A stretch of DNA of 64,000 bases from an uncultured Verrucomicrobiae bacterium. Its GTDB lineage: Bacteria; Verrucomicrobiota; Verrucomicrobiia; Chthoniobacterales; UBA10450. Position 1 is the first letter of the stretch; the number at the start of each line of letters is the position of its first letter. The position numbers were made by a program, and so were the translations under genes. The stretch spans positions 256,001 through 320,000 of the forward strand of contig CAWIBO010000003.1 in assembly GCA_963834385.1 (NCBI GenBank), written 5' to 3'. A model generated the notes under the pieces. The model was given only the letters and a program-made list of their open reading frames with translations. It searched no databases and was not told where the DNA came from. Of this stretch, positions 12,986 through 23,445 are shown in pieces.

Positions 12986-13332
12986 TGGAACAGGCGGGCT
13001 ACGGCGATTTCCGCGCGCGGCGCGAGGCCACGCTCTGGCAGCGTCTCAATCGCGTCCTGCTCGCGCTTCTCTTTCTCGCCGTCTGGCTGGTCATCATCAG
13101 CCTCTTCTTACCGCAGCACAAAAAACTGCAGCAAAGCCGGGGCGAGATCGATGCCCTGCAGGCGCAGGTGGACGAGCAGAAGGTGCTGCTGGTGCGCCAG
13201 ACCCGCGAAGTGACCCTGCTCAAGACCGATCCGGTCTATCTCGAGTCCATCGCGCGCGACCGGCTCGACCTGATGAAGCCGGGCGAAACCATCTTCCGTC
13301 TCGAGCAAGGCTCCGCCGCAAAGCGGAAGTAA
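12985..13332 (+). CDS. ftsB: Septum formation initiator (FtsB/DivIC family)
   Basis: Single TM helix, coiled coil, IARDRLDLMKPGE. Canonical position after eno. Confidence 0.85.
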
Positions 13333-13383
13333 GACGAAACGCCTCTGCATTGCGCCCGGGAGTGCGGGCGCTATCTTTCCGGC

Positions 13384-14524
13384 ATGGCAACTGAGGCACC
13401 GGAAATCAACACCGAAGAATTGAATTCGAGGCTGGCGGAACTACGGAGGTTTCTTTGACCTCGCCCTCCTCGACCGCCAGTTGACCGAGTTGGAGGCGCG
13501 CATGGCCGCGCCGGATTTCTGGGACAGCCGCGAGCGCGCGCAGGGCGACGTGGAAGAGGTCTCTCGGATCCGTTCCCTCATCAACCCCTTTCGCGAGCTG
13601 GAACGCGAGATCGACGACATCGCGGTCATGCAGGAGCTGGCCGCGGAGGAGAGCGATCCCGGCCGGCGGGCCCAGGCGGACCGGGAACTGGCCGCGGAGA
13701 ATGCCCGGCTGACGAAAAAGCTGGAGGCGTTCGAGCTGCGCCAGTTTCTTTCCGGTCCCAACGATCGCGCAAGCGCGTTCGTCACCATCCATTCCGGCGC
13801 CGGCGGCACGGAATCGTGCGACTGGGCCGACATGCTGCTGCGGATGTATCAGCGCTGGATTGAACGGGCCGGTTACAGCGCGCAGACCATCGATATCCAG
13901 GTGGGCGACGAGGCCGGGATCAAGTCGGCCACCATCCTGGTGACAGGCGAAAATGCCTATGGCTACCTGAAGACAGAGCGCGGGGTGCACCGGCTGGTGC
14001 GGATTTCGCCGTTCGACGCCAACAAGCGGCGGCACACCTCTTTCGCGAGCGTGGACGTGGTCCCGGAGATCGCGGATTCGGCCCCGATCGAGGTGAACCC
14101 GGCGGACCTGGAGGTGGCGACCTACCGGAGCGGCGGCAAGGGGGGACAGAACGTGAACAAGGTGGAGACGGCGGTGCGGATCGTGCACAAGCCGAGCGGA
14201 ATCGTGGTGGCCTGCCAGGCGGAGCGAAGCCAGGGCCGCAACCGCGAGCTGGCCCTGAAAATGTTAAAGGCCAAGCTTTACGAGATCGAAGAGGACAAAA
14301 AGAAAGCCGAGATCGACCGGCAATACGGCGAGAAGGGCGACGTGGCCTGGGGGAGCCAGATCCGTTCCTATGTCTTCCAGCCTTACCAGATGGTGAAAGA
14401 TCACCGGACCGGCGCCGAGACGAGCAACGTGCAGGCGGTGATGGATGGAGATATCGACCTCTTCATCCAGGCGAAACTTCGCGGGCAGAAAGCCGCCAAA
14501 GGCGACTCCGACCGCGAAATGTAA
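13384..14524 (+). CDS. prfB: Peptide chain release factor 2 (programmed +1 frameshift)
   Basis: The ATG 13384 frame ends at CTT TGA C (13453-13459). The +1 frame holds SPF and GGQ motifs. Confidence 0.97.
13445..13459 (+). promoter_or_regulatory. RF2 autoregulatory frameshift site (internal SD plus CTT TGA C)
   Basis: GGAGG-TTT-CTT-TGA-C matches the canonical prfB shift cassette. Confidence 0.95.
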
Positions 14525-14554
14525 AACCCGCCGGTTCCCGTTTGCCGCAACGGC

Positions 14555-16012
14555 TCAGGGAGCCGGGCTGAGATCGTAGGCCTCGAAAAGCCCGATGCCG
14601 GTGGCCCCGCCGACCCCGCGGATGATCGCGGTGTAATTGCCGGGTGTCAGGGTGGCTTCCAGGGCCGACTCGAGGCTGTTGGAAGGGGCAAACCCCTTCA
14701 TCTGGATGCTGGCGGCGTCCGGGCCGCTGCCCCAGTCGTCGTTCGACTCAAGCACGGTGCCGTTTGCATTCACCAGCTCGAGCCGCGGGTTGGACAGGGC
14801 ATTCGCCACGGCCCCGGCCAGGGCGGGACCGATGGCGCGCAGGATCACGTCCTTGTTCGCGCCGGCACCGGCAATGAATCCGCCGATGAGAACGTCATCG
14901 TTGTTCAAAACCTGGCCGCGAGTGGAAATGTTGGCGGCGCGTGCCGTGCCGGTGTGAAGATCATAGAGCTCCACCAGGCCGATGCCGGTATAGGTGCTGT
15001 CAAACCCCTCAACGACAACCGTGTAGTTGCCCGGGGCGAGGTTTGCGATGATGGCCGCTTCACGGCTGTTGCGCGGATCGAGCCGGTAACTCGCAATGGT
15101 CTCGGGGTTCGTGCCGTCAATCCAGTCATCGTTCGACTGAATAAAGCCGCTCGGGCCGTTCAGGGTCAGAATAGGATCCTCGATGGCGCCGGCGAGCCCG
15201 AACGGGACGAGGGAGCCCCCGATGGCGCGAAGCACCACGGTGGCGGAGGTCGACCCCTGGATGATGAATCCGCCAATGAGGCGGTTATCGTTCAGCCCGA
15301 TCTTCCCGCGGGTGGAGAGGTTGACGAAATTGGATGAGGTTGCGCCGTTCAGATACACGGGGCCGGTGCCGTAGATGGCGACCGCGCCGTTGATATCGTC
15401 CTGCTGCAGGGAGGCCAGAGTGCCGCTCGCCGTCGAATTCATGATGGCGGGGTTGGCCTGCGGCGGGTTGGCCTGGTCCGGATGATTCAGGCCAAGGACA
15501 TGGCCGAACTCGTGCAGGGCCACGCGGGTAAAATCCGTCGCCACCGAGCTGCCGCCGCCGGTGTAGGTGGACCACTTGCGCGGACTTCCACCGGTGTTCG
15601 CGGTGCTAAAAATGACGTCGCCTTCCATGTAGACCTGCGGATTGAGATCATCCCGCGTCGTCCTCAGGGCCACCGCGAGGGTGTTGCTCCCGAACGCGTC
15701 GCCATAAATGGTATTGGAAAAGAAAACCGTGTTATTGGCGTCGCCGTCGACCGGCGCCGCGGTCGTCTGCACGGTGGTAAACTGCATGTGGGCCATGTGC
15801 TGGTTCCAGGCATTCAAGGACGCCACCGCCGCATCGTTGAAATTGTTGTAGGTCAGCGTTTTTCCCGGGACCGCCGTCATGGCCGCGCCATCGAGTTTCA
15901 GGAACATGACCACGGTGCGGTTCTTGGTCCAGCGGCCGTCATCGACGAAGAAGGCGGCGGCGGAGGAAGCGAGGACGAGGAGGAGGAGGAAGGGGAGCAG
16001 TTTAGTTTTCAA
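14555..16012 (-). CDS. Secreted matrixin (M10) zinc metalloprotease with two C-terminal NLSTR-type repeats
   Basis: Signal peptide, HEFGHVLGLNH, Met-turn AIMN. Repeats begin NLSTRG and NISTRG, each followed by LIGGFI and SNDDW. Confidence 0.9.
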   Translation of the reverse strand: MKTKLLPFLLLLVLASSAAAFFVDDGRWTKNRTVVMFLKLDGAAMTAVPGKTLTYNNFNDAAVASLNAWNQHMAHMQFTTVQTTAAPVDGDANNTVFFSNTIYGDAFGSNTLAVALRTTRDDLNPQVYMEGDVIFSTANTGGSPRKWSTYTGGGSSVATDFTRVALHEFGHVLGLNHPDQANPPQANPAIMNSTASGTLASLQQDDINGAVAIYGTGPVYLNGATSSNFVNLSTRGKIGLNDNRLIGGFIIQGSTSATVVLRAIGGSLVPFGLAGAIEDPILTLNGPSGFIQSNDDWIDGTNPETIASYRLDPRNSREAAIIANLAPGNYTVVVEGFDSTYTGIGLVELYDLHTGTARAANISTRGQVLNNDDVLIGGFIAGAGANKDVILRAIGPALAGAVANALSNPRLELVNANGTVLESNDDWGSGPDAASIQMKGFAPSNSLESALEATLTPGNYTAIIRGVGGATGIGLFEAYDLSPAP

Positions 16013-16048
16013 GAGGATAACGTAATTACAGGAATAGTGCCGGTGATC

Positions 16049-16597
16049 CTACCGAATCGCAAGCCGGAATGTAACATGAAATTTGCCGCGATTGAAGCGG
16101 CGACAACAGGCTCGGCAGGCCGCTGGACGGCGCAACGGACGGACCCGCGGGAACTGCCGCCGGCAGACCGGGCATTCATACAAATAACGGCGCTGCTGCC
16201 GTATCGTCGGGAGGGGAAGGGCGTGGCAGCGCGCTTCTCCGCCGATGCCGAGATGCCGGCAGGCCAGGCGCCACTCCGGGCCGTGCGGCGCGATCCGCCG
16301 ACGGCCGGCGCGCGTCTGCGCGAGGAGATGGGCCAGCTCGTGCCGGAGGGTGCGGTCGATCTCGTCGGCGCCATGGCGAGCCAGCAACGGGTTAAGACTG
16401 ACCACCGACTCGCGCAGATAGGCGCGCCCGGCGGCGCTGCGCAGGCGCGGATTCCATTGCACCTTCACTCTCCGGGCGAGTTCGCCGGCCCCGATCTCCC
16501 GCAAAAGCTGCCGGGCGAGGGTCTCCAGAGTCTCGTCCCGTCCGGCCGCAGGCGCCGGCACGGTCAACACGAGTTGCTCAGGCCGCAACAACGCCAC
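16049..16597 (-). CDS. SprT-like zinc metalloprotease
   Basis: WNPRLRSAAGRA, HELAH, HGPEW, YECPVC and CRAC Zn-ribbon. Start approximate. Confidence 0.88.
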   Translation of the reverse strand: MALLRPEQLVLTVPAPAAGRDETLETLARQLLREIGAGELARRVKVQWNPRLRSAAGRAYLRESVVSLNPLLARHGADEIDRTLRHELAHLLAQTRAGRRRIAPHGPEWRLACRHLGIGGEARCHALPLPTIRQQRRYLYECPVCRRQFPRVRPLRRPAACRACCRRFNRGKFHVTFRLAIR

Positions 16598-17729
16598 GGT
16601 TCTCTCGGGTGGGGAGACGTTCCAGGATTCGCTGCATGGCCGCGAGCGTTTCCTCCATTTCATCGCGACTATTGCCGCAGCCGAGCGAAAAGCGAAGGGC
16701 GGACGCGGCCAGGTCACGCGGCAGGCCCATCGCGAGCAAAACATGCGATGGCACGACTGATCCCACCATGCAGGCCGAGCCGCTGGAGGCGCAGATTCCT
16801 TCGAGGTCGAGCGCCATCAGCATGGTCTCGGAGCTTCGTCCCGGGAAAACGACGTTCAGGGTGTTCTGGAGGCCATCCTCCGAGCCCTGCCGCAGCGCCT
16901 CCGGGGCCAGCCGGGCCAGCCCGTGCCAGAGTGTGTCCCGCAGTTCCTGCAGCCGCGCCTGCTCCGGGGCCTGGTCGGCCAAAACATGGCCGGCCGCCGC
17001 CGCCATCCCCGCAAGGGCGGCCACGTTCTCGGTCCCGGGTCGCCGTTCGTTTTCGTGCGACCCGCCAAAGGTAACCTGTTCCAGCGGAATGCCGGCGCGC
17101 AGGAAAAGGAGGCCGGCTCCCTTGGGTCCGTAAAATTTGTGCGCGGCGAAAGAGGCGGCATCGACCAGTTCGAGATCGCACGTCACCTTGCCAAAAGCCT
17201 GGACGAGGTCGCTGTGCAGGAGCGCGCCCCGCGCGCGGCAGATGGCCGAGATGTCGGCCAGCGGTTGCGTAACGCCGGTCTCATTGTTGGCCAGCATGAT
17301 CGAGACCAGGATGGTGTCGTCACGGACGACCTCGCGCAGGCGGGCGGGATCGATCCGGCCATCGCGCTCGACCGGGAGGAGGGTCAGCTCGAATCCTTCC
17401 TCGCGCGCCAGGCGCTGGCAGGGATGCAGCACGGCATGGTGCTCGGTGGTGGCGCAAACGAGATGGCGACCCCGGTGCGCGTGCGCCCGGGCCAGGCCGA
17501 GCACGGCCAGGTTGTTCGCCTCGGTCCCGCCGCCCGTGAAGACCAGTTCGCCCGGCTTCGTCCGGAGAAGGGCGGCCATCCGGTCGCGGGACTCATCGAT
17601 CACGGCGCGCGCGGCACGGCCGGCGGCATGCACGCTGGAAGGGTTGCCGAACGTATCGAGCTGCGCCTCCATGGCTTCCCGAGCCGGCGGGCAAAGCGGG
17701 GTGGTGGCGTTGTGATCGAGATAGATCAT
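16578..17729 (-). CDS. iscS: Cysteine desulfurase (IscS/NifS family)
   Basis: YLDHNATTP, TGGGTEANN, AHKFYGPKG, SSGSAC. Confidence 0.94.
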   Translation of the reverse strand: MIYLDHNATTPLCPPAREAMEAQLDTFGNPSSVHAAGRAARAVIDESRDRMAALLRTKPGELVFTGGGTEANNLAVLGLARAHAHRGRHLVCATTEHHAVLHPCQRLAREEGFELTLLPVERDGRIDPARLREVVRDDTILVSIMLANNETGVTQPLADISAICRARGALLHSDLVQAFGKVTCDLELVDAASFAAHKFYGPKGAGLLFLRAGIPLEQVTFGGSHENERRPGTENVAALAGMAAAAGHVLADQAPEQARLQELRDTLWHGLARLAPEALRQGSEDGLQNTLNVVFPGRSSETMLMALDLEGICASSGSACMVGSVVPSHVLLAMGLPRDLAASALRFSLGCGNSRDEMEETLAAMQRILERLPTRENRGVVAA

Positions 17730-18634
17730 CAAAGGCCCGTGGTGTCCTCCGTTTCGCTTCGGGTGACGATGCGGAGTTGCTTCTCCTCATAGACCACGAG
17801 CGAGTGCGGCGGGATGCTGGACACGAGGAAGACGTTGCCGCCGATGGTGCTGCCGCGCCCGATCACCGTGCTGCCGCCAAGGACGGTGGAACCGGGATAA
17901 ATCGTGACATCATCCTCCACCCGGGGATGGCGCTTGCCGCCCTTGCGGATCCGGCCCAGTTCATCGCGCTCGAAGCTGCGCGCTCCGAGCGTGACCGCGT
18001 GATAAAGTTTCACCCGCGCGCCGATCTCGCACGTTTCGCCCACGACCACCCCGGTGCCATGGTCGATAAAGAAGTGCGAGCCGATGCTGGCGCCGGGATG
18101 AATGTCGATCCCGGTGCGGCTGTGCGCCCACTCGCTCATCAACCGCGGGATGAGCGGCACCTGTTTCTGGTAAAGGAAATGGGCCATGCGGTGGATCGCG
18201 ATCGCCTCGATCGAGGGATAGGCCAAAATGATCTCCTCGTAGCTGCGCGCCGCGGGATCGCCCTCGAAGGCGGCGTCGACATCCGTCCAGAGCATCCGCC
18301 GGATGGAAGGCAGGGCCGCGATAAATTCGTCCAGCAGATCGGAGACGCGCCGGTCGCCTTCACCCGCCGCCAGCCGGAAGCTTTTCACGATTTCCGGCTT
18401 GAGCAGGTGCCGGACATTCTGCACCCGGCTGCGGGTGATCTCGGGAAGATCGCCGGAATAAACCAGGGGGGCGCCACGGAAACCGGGAAACATCAGGCTG
18501 ACCAGTTCCATGCAGGCGGTTTCGATCGGCGCCCGCGACGGGAGGCTGGCCGCCGCCTCCAGATAATTGATGCCGCCGGATTCGCTGTAGGTCCGGAGCA
18601 ATTCTTCGACGGCGTCGTGCGTGGCAACGGGCAT
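17729..18634 (-). CDS. cysE: Serine O-acetyltransferase
   Basis: EGDPAA, TGIDIHPGA, FFIDHGTGVVVGET, KRHP. ATG at 18634. Confidence 0.94.
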   Translation of the reverse strand: MPVATHDAVEELLRTYSESGGINYLEAAASLPSRAPIETACMELVSLMFPGFRGAPLVYSGDLPEITRSRVQNVRHLLKPEIVKSFRLAAGEGDRRVSDLLDEFIAALPSIRRMLWTDVDAAFEGDPAARSYEEIILAYPSIEAIAIHRMAHFLYQKQVPLIPRLMSEWAHSRTGIDIHPGASIGSHFFIDHGTGVVVGETCEIGARVKLYHAVTLGARSFERDELGRIRKGGKRHPRVEDDVTIYPGSTVLGGSTVIGRGSTIGGNVFLVSSIPPHSLVVYEEKQLRIVTRSETEDTTGL

Positions 18635-18686
18635 CCTGCAATTATGCCCGGCTCCGGGCCGCGCGAAAGGGCCGTCTCCGCGCGGG

Positions 18687-20360
18687 TCAGGGCATTTCGA
18701 AAAGAAAGATCGACCCGCCAATGACCGCGATCGGTTCCTGGTCGCGATAGGGCGCGTAGCGGTCGACGTCCTCCAGCATGGCCGAGACCGCCGAGCCGTT
18801 CAGGTGGCCGGCGCCAAGGGCGATCAGGCGAGCCGAGGGATCGGGTGTCCCGACCTCAATTCCCCGCGGGCCGTAAAACTTCAGGATGTGGCCCCCGGTG
18901 GATAGAGCGGTGTAAACACGTTTTATCTTCCGCTTCTTGAGATAGCGGGCGAGCTCGCGGACATCGTCGCCCCATTCGACGTTGGAATCGGAGAGAAGTT
19001 CCCAGGGCTCGTGGCGGCCGCGCAGTTGATTCATGTAGGGGATGTAATCGGGATAGATGCGGACCGCTTCCAGCAACATCAGGCCGACCAGCGCCAGCGC
19101 GGCGGCGCGGCCAAGGCGCCGGCCGCGCCCGGCCTGCCAGAGTGCGGCGAGCAGCGCGCCGGCGAGGATGAAAAGAAACGGGTAGGCGGGAAGAAAATGA
19201 CGGATGCCGATGTTGATTTTGGCCGAGCAGGCGAAGAGGGCAAACGTGCCCAGCGGAACAAGAAGAAAAACCAGCATATGCTCCCGGCGCCCGAGCCAGC
19301 GCCAGAGACCCCAGGCCAGCCCGGCCACGGCCAGGAGCAGGAAGGGAAGGCTCGTCTTCAGGGCGAAAGCGACCGGAAAATAATACCACCAGCCGTGCAT
19401 GCTGTACTGGCCGAGGAGCGAGGCGGCATGCCCGCCGCGGTTGTGAATCCAGACCGAGTAAAGTCCCGCGGTAAGCGACGTCGGCAGCAGCGGTCGGAGC
19501 GTCTCGATCAGCCGGGTCGCCACCTCGACATGCTCCGGGTCCTTGGTCCGCATCCATTTCAGGTCGTGCGCCGGGATGGGTGGACGCTGGAAGAAATAGA
19601 CGCCGTTGATCGCGACCAGCGCCACCAGCAGGGCAGCGGCAAAATGACCGGCCACGCGCCGCCGCGTGAGCGGGTGGGGCGGGCGCACGAAGAGGACCAG
19701 GGCGCCGAGCGCGCAAAGCGGGAGGACGATGACGAGGGAGAACTTGGCCCCGACGGCCAGGGCCAGCGAAAGACCGGAGAGAAGGGCGCGCGCGAGGGTG
19801 GGTGCGCGCCAGTAGCGATGCAGGGCAAAAGCGAAAAAGAGAAGGCCGAGCGCTGCGGCCATGTCGGTCTGGGCGATCCGGCCATGGGCGAGCACGGTCG
19901 GCTCAAGGCAAAAGAGCGCGGTCGCGAACACCCCGGCGGTTTTGCCGAAAAGAGCGGCGGCGAAGAAGAAGATCAGCCAGGCCAGCATCACGGTCAGCAC
20001 CGCCATCGGCACGCGGGCCCAGCGGCTGAGCAGCTCGAAGCGTTCCGGGTTGGCATCCCAAAACTCCGCCAGGGTGGAATAGGGATTGGCCTTGTCCGGC
20101 GCCAGGTTCGGCCGCAGCGCCAGCAAGGGGAGAGCGGCCCACATCTTGGCGAGCGGCGGATGTTCCGGGATGAAAAAGAAGTCGGCCCGGTGCAGATGAT
20201 AGTAGCCCGCGGGGATGTTGAGCGTCTCGTCAATCGTGATGCTTTTGCGCCAGATCGCGGAGAGAAGGTTGATCGCCAGAAAAAGCGTGAGCAGCGCGAC
20301 CAGCCACTCCGCTCGCAGGTTTTTCAGGCCGCGCACACCACGCAATCTCGGTCTCTCCAT
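18687..20360 (-). CDS. GT-C membrane glycosyltransferase (ArnT/PMT-like)
   Basis: TIDE after TM1, EHPPL, multiple TM helices, DSNVEWG. Confidence 0.8.
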   Translation of the reverse strand: MERPRLRGVRGLKNLRAEWLVALLTLFLAINLLSAIWRKSITIDETLNIPAGYYHLHRADFFFIPEHPPLAKMWAALPLLALRPNLAPDKANPYSTLAEFWDANPERFELLSRWARVPMAVLTVMLAWLIFFFAAALFGKTAGVFATALFCLEPTVLAHGRIAQTDMAAALGLLFFAFALHRYWRAPTLARALLSGLSLALAVGAKFSLVIVLPLCALGALVLFVRPPHPLTRRRVAGHFAAALLVALVAINGVYFFQRPPIPAHDLKWMRTKDPEHVEVATRLIETLRPLLPTSLTAGLYSVWIHNRGGHAASLLGQYSMHGWWYYFPVAFALKTSLPFLLLAVAGLAWGLWRWLGRREHMLVFLLVPLGTFALFACSAKINIGIRHFLPAYPFLFILAGALLAALWQAGRGRRLGRAAALALVGLMLLEAVRIYPDYIPYMNQLRGRHEPWELLSDSNVEWGDDVRELARYLKKRKIKRVYTALSTGGHILKFYGPRGIEVGTPDPSARLIALGAGHLNGSAVSAMLEDVDRYAPYRDQEPIAVIGGSIFLFEMP

Positions 20361-20399
20361 TGCATTCACGGAAGGGCGTCCCTAGAGTGAATCACCGCT

Positions 20400-22640
20400 A
20401 TGAGCTCTTTTGAAGTCCTTGGCATCCCGGCGGATGAAGTATCGACCTTCCTCGCCGGGGCGCATTCCGATCCTTTTCGCATTCTTGGTCCTCATCGCGT
20501 GGGGGATGACCTGGCGGTCCGCGTTTTTCGCCCGGACGCGCGCGAGGTGGCAATCCGGTTCGATGGGCAGGAGGCGCCGGCGCAGCGGCTGCATCCCGAC
20601 GGTTTTTTCCAGGCGGTCATTCGGAACGGCGACCGTGACCTTGATTACACCCTGGCGCTGACCGGTTGGGAAGACAGGCAAAAGGACGCGCACGATCCCT
20701 ATCGCTATGGCAGTTTCATGGGCGAGGTCGATCTCCATCTTTTCAACGAGGGCAATCATCTCGATCTCTACCGCCATTTCGGCGCGCACCTGCGGAAAGT
20801 GGGCAAGGTGGAGGGCGTTTACTTCGCGGTCTGGGCCCCGAACGCGCAGCGCGTCAGCGTGGTGGGCGACTGGAACGGTTGGGATGGCCGGGTCAACCCG
20901 ATGCGCCAGCTGCTCCCGAGCGGTGTCTGGGAACTTTTCGTGCCGGGGGTCGAGGAGGGCGCGCACTACAAATTCGAGATCCGCACGCCCAACGGCGCTC
21001 TTCTGCTCAAGAGCGATCCCTTTGCCTTTTTCAACCAGCACGGTCTCCGCACCTCGTCGCTCGTCTACAATCTCGAGCGCTACCAATGGAGCGACGACGC
21101 ATGGATGGCGGCGCGACGCGAAAAGGTCTGGCACCGCAGCGCGGTCAGCGTCTACGAGGTGCACCTCGGCTCGTGGCGGCGCAAAACGGACGAAGGCGAT
21201 CGGTTCCTGAGTTATCGCGAGCTGGCCGACACCCTCCTGCCTTATGTGGTCGAGATGGGTTACACGCACCTGGAGTTGATGCCGGTGGCCGAACATCCCT
21301 TCGAAGGTTCGTGGGGATACCAGGTGACCAATTACTACGCGCCCACCAGCCGCTTCGGCAACCCCGACGAGTTCCGCTATTTCGTCGACAAATGTCACCA
21401 GGCCGGGATCGGCGTGATCATGGACTGGGTTCCGGCGCATTTCCCGAAGGACGCGCATGGCCTGGCGGAATTCGACGGGACCGATCTTTACGAGCATGCC
21501 GACCCGCGCCAGGGCGAGCATCAGGACTGGGGCACGCTGATTTTCAATTTCGGTCGCAACGAGGTCCGCAATTTCCTCATCGGCAACGCGCTCTTCTGGC
21601 TCGACGAGTATCACATCGACGGGCTGCGGGTGGACGCGGTGGCGTCGATGCTTTACCTCGATTACTCGCGCAAGGCGGGGGAATGGGTTCCAAACGCCTT
21701 CGGCGGCCGCGAAAACCTCGACGCGGTCCATTTCCTGAAACGGGTGAACGAGGTCTGCTACGAACGGTTCCCGGGCACCATGACGATCGCGGAGGAATCA
21801 ACCGCCTGGCCCGGCGTCTCCCGCCCGACCTACCTCGGCGGCCTCGGGTTCGGCTTCAAATGGAACATGGGCTGGATGCACGATTTCCTCCAGTACATGG
21901 GGCTCGACCCGATTTTTCGCCGTTATCACCACGGCAACATCACCTTCTCGCTCATCTACGCCTTCCAGGAACATTTCGTCCTCGTCCTGAGCCACGACGA
22001 GGTGGTGCACGGCAAGGGCTCGATGATCGGGAAGATGCCGGGCGACGAATGGCAAAAGTTCGCGAATCTCCGGATGTTCTACGCCTGGATGTACGGGCAC
22101 CCGGGAAAGAAACTGCTCTTCATGGGCGGCGAGTTCGGGCAGTGGGCGGAGTGGAACCATGACCAGGGCCTCGACTGGCACCTGAACGAGCTGCCGCGGC
22201 ACGACGGTCTGCGCCGGATGGTGCAGCATTTGAATTTTGCCTACCGGAACGAACCGGCGCTCTGGGACCAGGACGACACCTACGAGGGGTTTGAGTGGAT
22301 CGACTTCCACGATGCCGACAACAGCGTCATCTCGTTCCTGCGCCGGTCGCGCGAGGGAGACGTGCTTGTCTTCATTATCAATGCCACGCCCATGGTGCGG
22401 CACGATTATCGGCTCGGCGTGCCCGAGACCGGCTTTTACCGGGAGATCATCAACACCGATGCCGAGACCTATGGCGGCAGCAACGTGGGCAACATGGGCG
22501 GCGTCGCGAGCGAGGCCTGGGCCTGGCAGGGGCGGGAGCATTCGCTCCTGATCCAGTTGCCGCCGCTCGCCACCGTGGCCTTCAAGCTCGAGCGCCCCGA
22601 ACCGGCCGTGCCCGCCAAGCCGGAGGAGAATCCGGCTTGA
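20400..22640 (+). CDS. glgB: 1,4-alpha-glucan branching enzyme
   Basis: [37 protein letters not shown]. Confidence 0.98.
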   Translation: MSSFEVLGIPADEVSTFLAGAHSDPFRILGPHRVGDDLAVRVFRPDAREVAIRFDGQEAPAQRLHPDGFFQAVIRNGDRDLDYTLALTGWEDRQKDAHDPYRYGSFMGEVDLHLFNEGNHLDLYRHFGAHLRKVGKVEGVYFAVWAPNAQRVSVVGDWNGWDGRVNPMRQLLPSGVWELFVPGVEEGAHYKFEIRTPNGALLLKSDPFAFFNQHGLRTSSLVYNLERYQWSDDAWMAARREKVWHRSAVSVYEVHLGSWRRKTDEGDRFLSYRELADTLLPYVVEMGYTHLELMPVAEHPFEGSWGYQVTNYYAPTSRFGNPDEFRYFVDKCHQAGIGVIMDWVPAHFPKDAHGLAEFDGTDLYEHADPRQGEHQDWGTLIFNFGRNEVRNFLIGNALFWLDEYHIDGLRVDAVASMLYLDYSRKAGEWVPNAFGGRENLDAVHFLKRVNEVCYERFPGTMTIAEESTAWPGVSRPTYLGGLGFGFKWNMGWMHDFLQYMGLDPIFRRYHHGNITFSLIYAFQEHFVLVLSHDEVVHGKGSMIGKMPGDEWQKFANLRMFYAWMYGHPGKKLLFMGGEFGQWAEWNHDQGLDWHLNELPRHDGLRRMVQHLNFAYRNEPALWDQDDTYEGFEWIDFHDADNSVISFLRRSREGDVLVFIINATPMVRHDYRLGVPETGFYREIINTDAETYGGSNVGNMGGVASEAWAWQGREHSLLIQLPPLATVAFKLERPEPAVPAKPEENPA

Positions 22641-22684
22641 CCTCCAGCGGCGAAAGCGCATTCTTTTCCACCTTCCAAACCCCC

Positions 22685-23410
22685 ATGCAAAACCCTCGCT
22701 CCTCCGCCGGTTTCACCCTCATCGAAATGCTGGTCGTCATCGCGATCATCGCGACCCTGGCCGCTTTTGCCGTGCCCGCTTTGACCAACGCGCTCGCGCG
22801 CGGACAGATGACCGGCACAATGAACAACGCCCGCCAGCTTTTCATCGCGGCCCAGCAGATGGCCCTGGATGGCGCCGCCAATTCCGATCCGAATTATGGA
22901 TGGCCGGGCGGTTATGAGGATGTGCAGACGCTGGAGGATTACGCGACGCGCCTCGTGAACAACGATTATCTGAAAGCCGGCGACCTGCAGAAGCTGCTCA
23001 ACGCTCCGGGTGTCGCCTGTAGCGTTACTTCCTCAAGCGGCGGCGGCGGCGGGGGTGGCGCCACCTCCACCACCGTGGATATCACCGGCCGGCCCGCGCT
23101 CAAGGTCTACAAGATTGTCGAAACCGACGGGTCGAACACGCTCTTTGCCACCAGTAACAATTACACCTACAACCAGGCCCTCCCGCAGACCGGGGCCACC
23201 AGCGCGCCGTATGCCGACAAGGGGTTTGTCGTCGTGCGCAAAGGCGGGGACGCCGCCGTTCTCCGGAAAAACCAGGCCACCGTTTCCGGCTTCAGTTCAC
23301 CGCAAAACTTCCAGTCGACCGTTGGCATGAAGACGGGTGACCAGGAAGGCTCGCCCACCGCCGGCGACGGCGAGGTCACGCTCACCGGTCCCTCGGCCGG
23401 CGGAACCTAA
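22685..23410 (+). CDS. Prepilin-type N-terminal cleavage/methylation domain protein
   Basis: AG|FTLIEMLVVIAIIATLAA type IV pilin signal with Glu5. Confidence 0.9.
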   Translation: MQNPRSSAGFTLIEMLVVIAIIATLAAFAVPALTNALARGQMTGTMNNARQLFIAAQQMALDGAANSDPNYGWPGGYEDVQTLEDYATRLVNNDYLKAGDLQKLLNAPGVACSVTSSSGGGGGGGATSTTVDITGRPALKVYKIVETDGSNTLFATSNNYTYNQALPQTGATSAPYADKGFVVVRKGGDAAVLRKNQATVSGFSSPQNFQSTVGMKTGDQEGSPTAGDGEVTLTGPSAGGT

Positions 23411-23445
23411 GTCTCGCGATTTCCCGACTCGAGCGCCTGCTGCTT

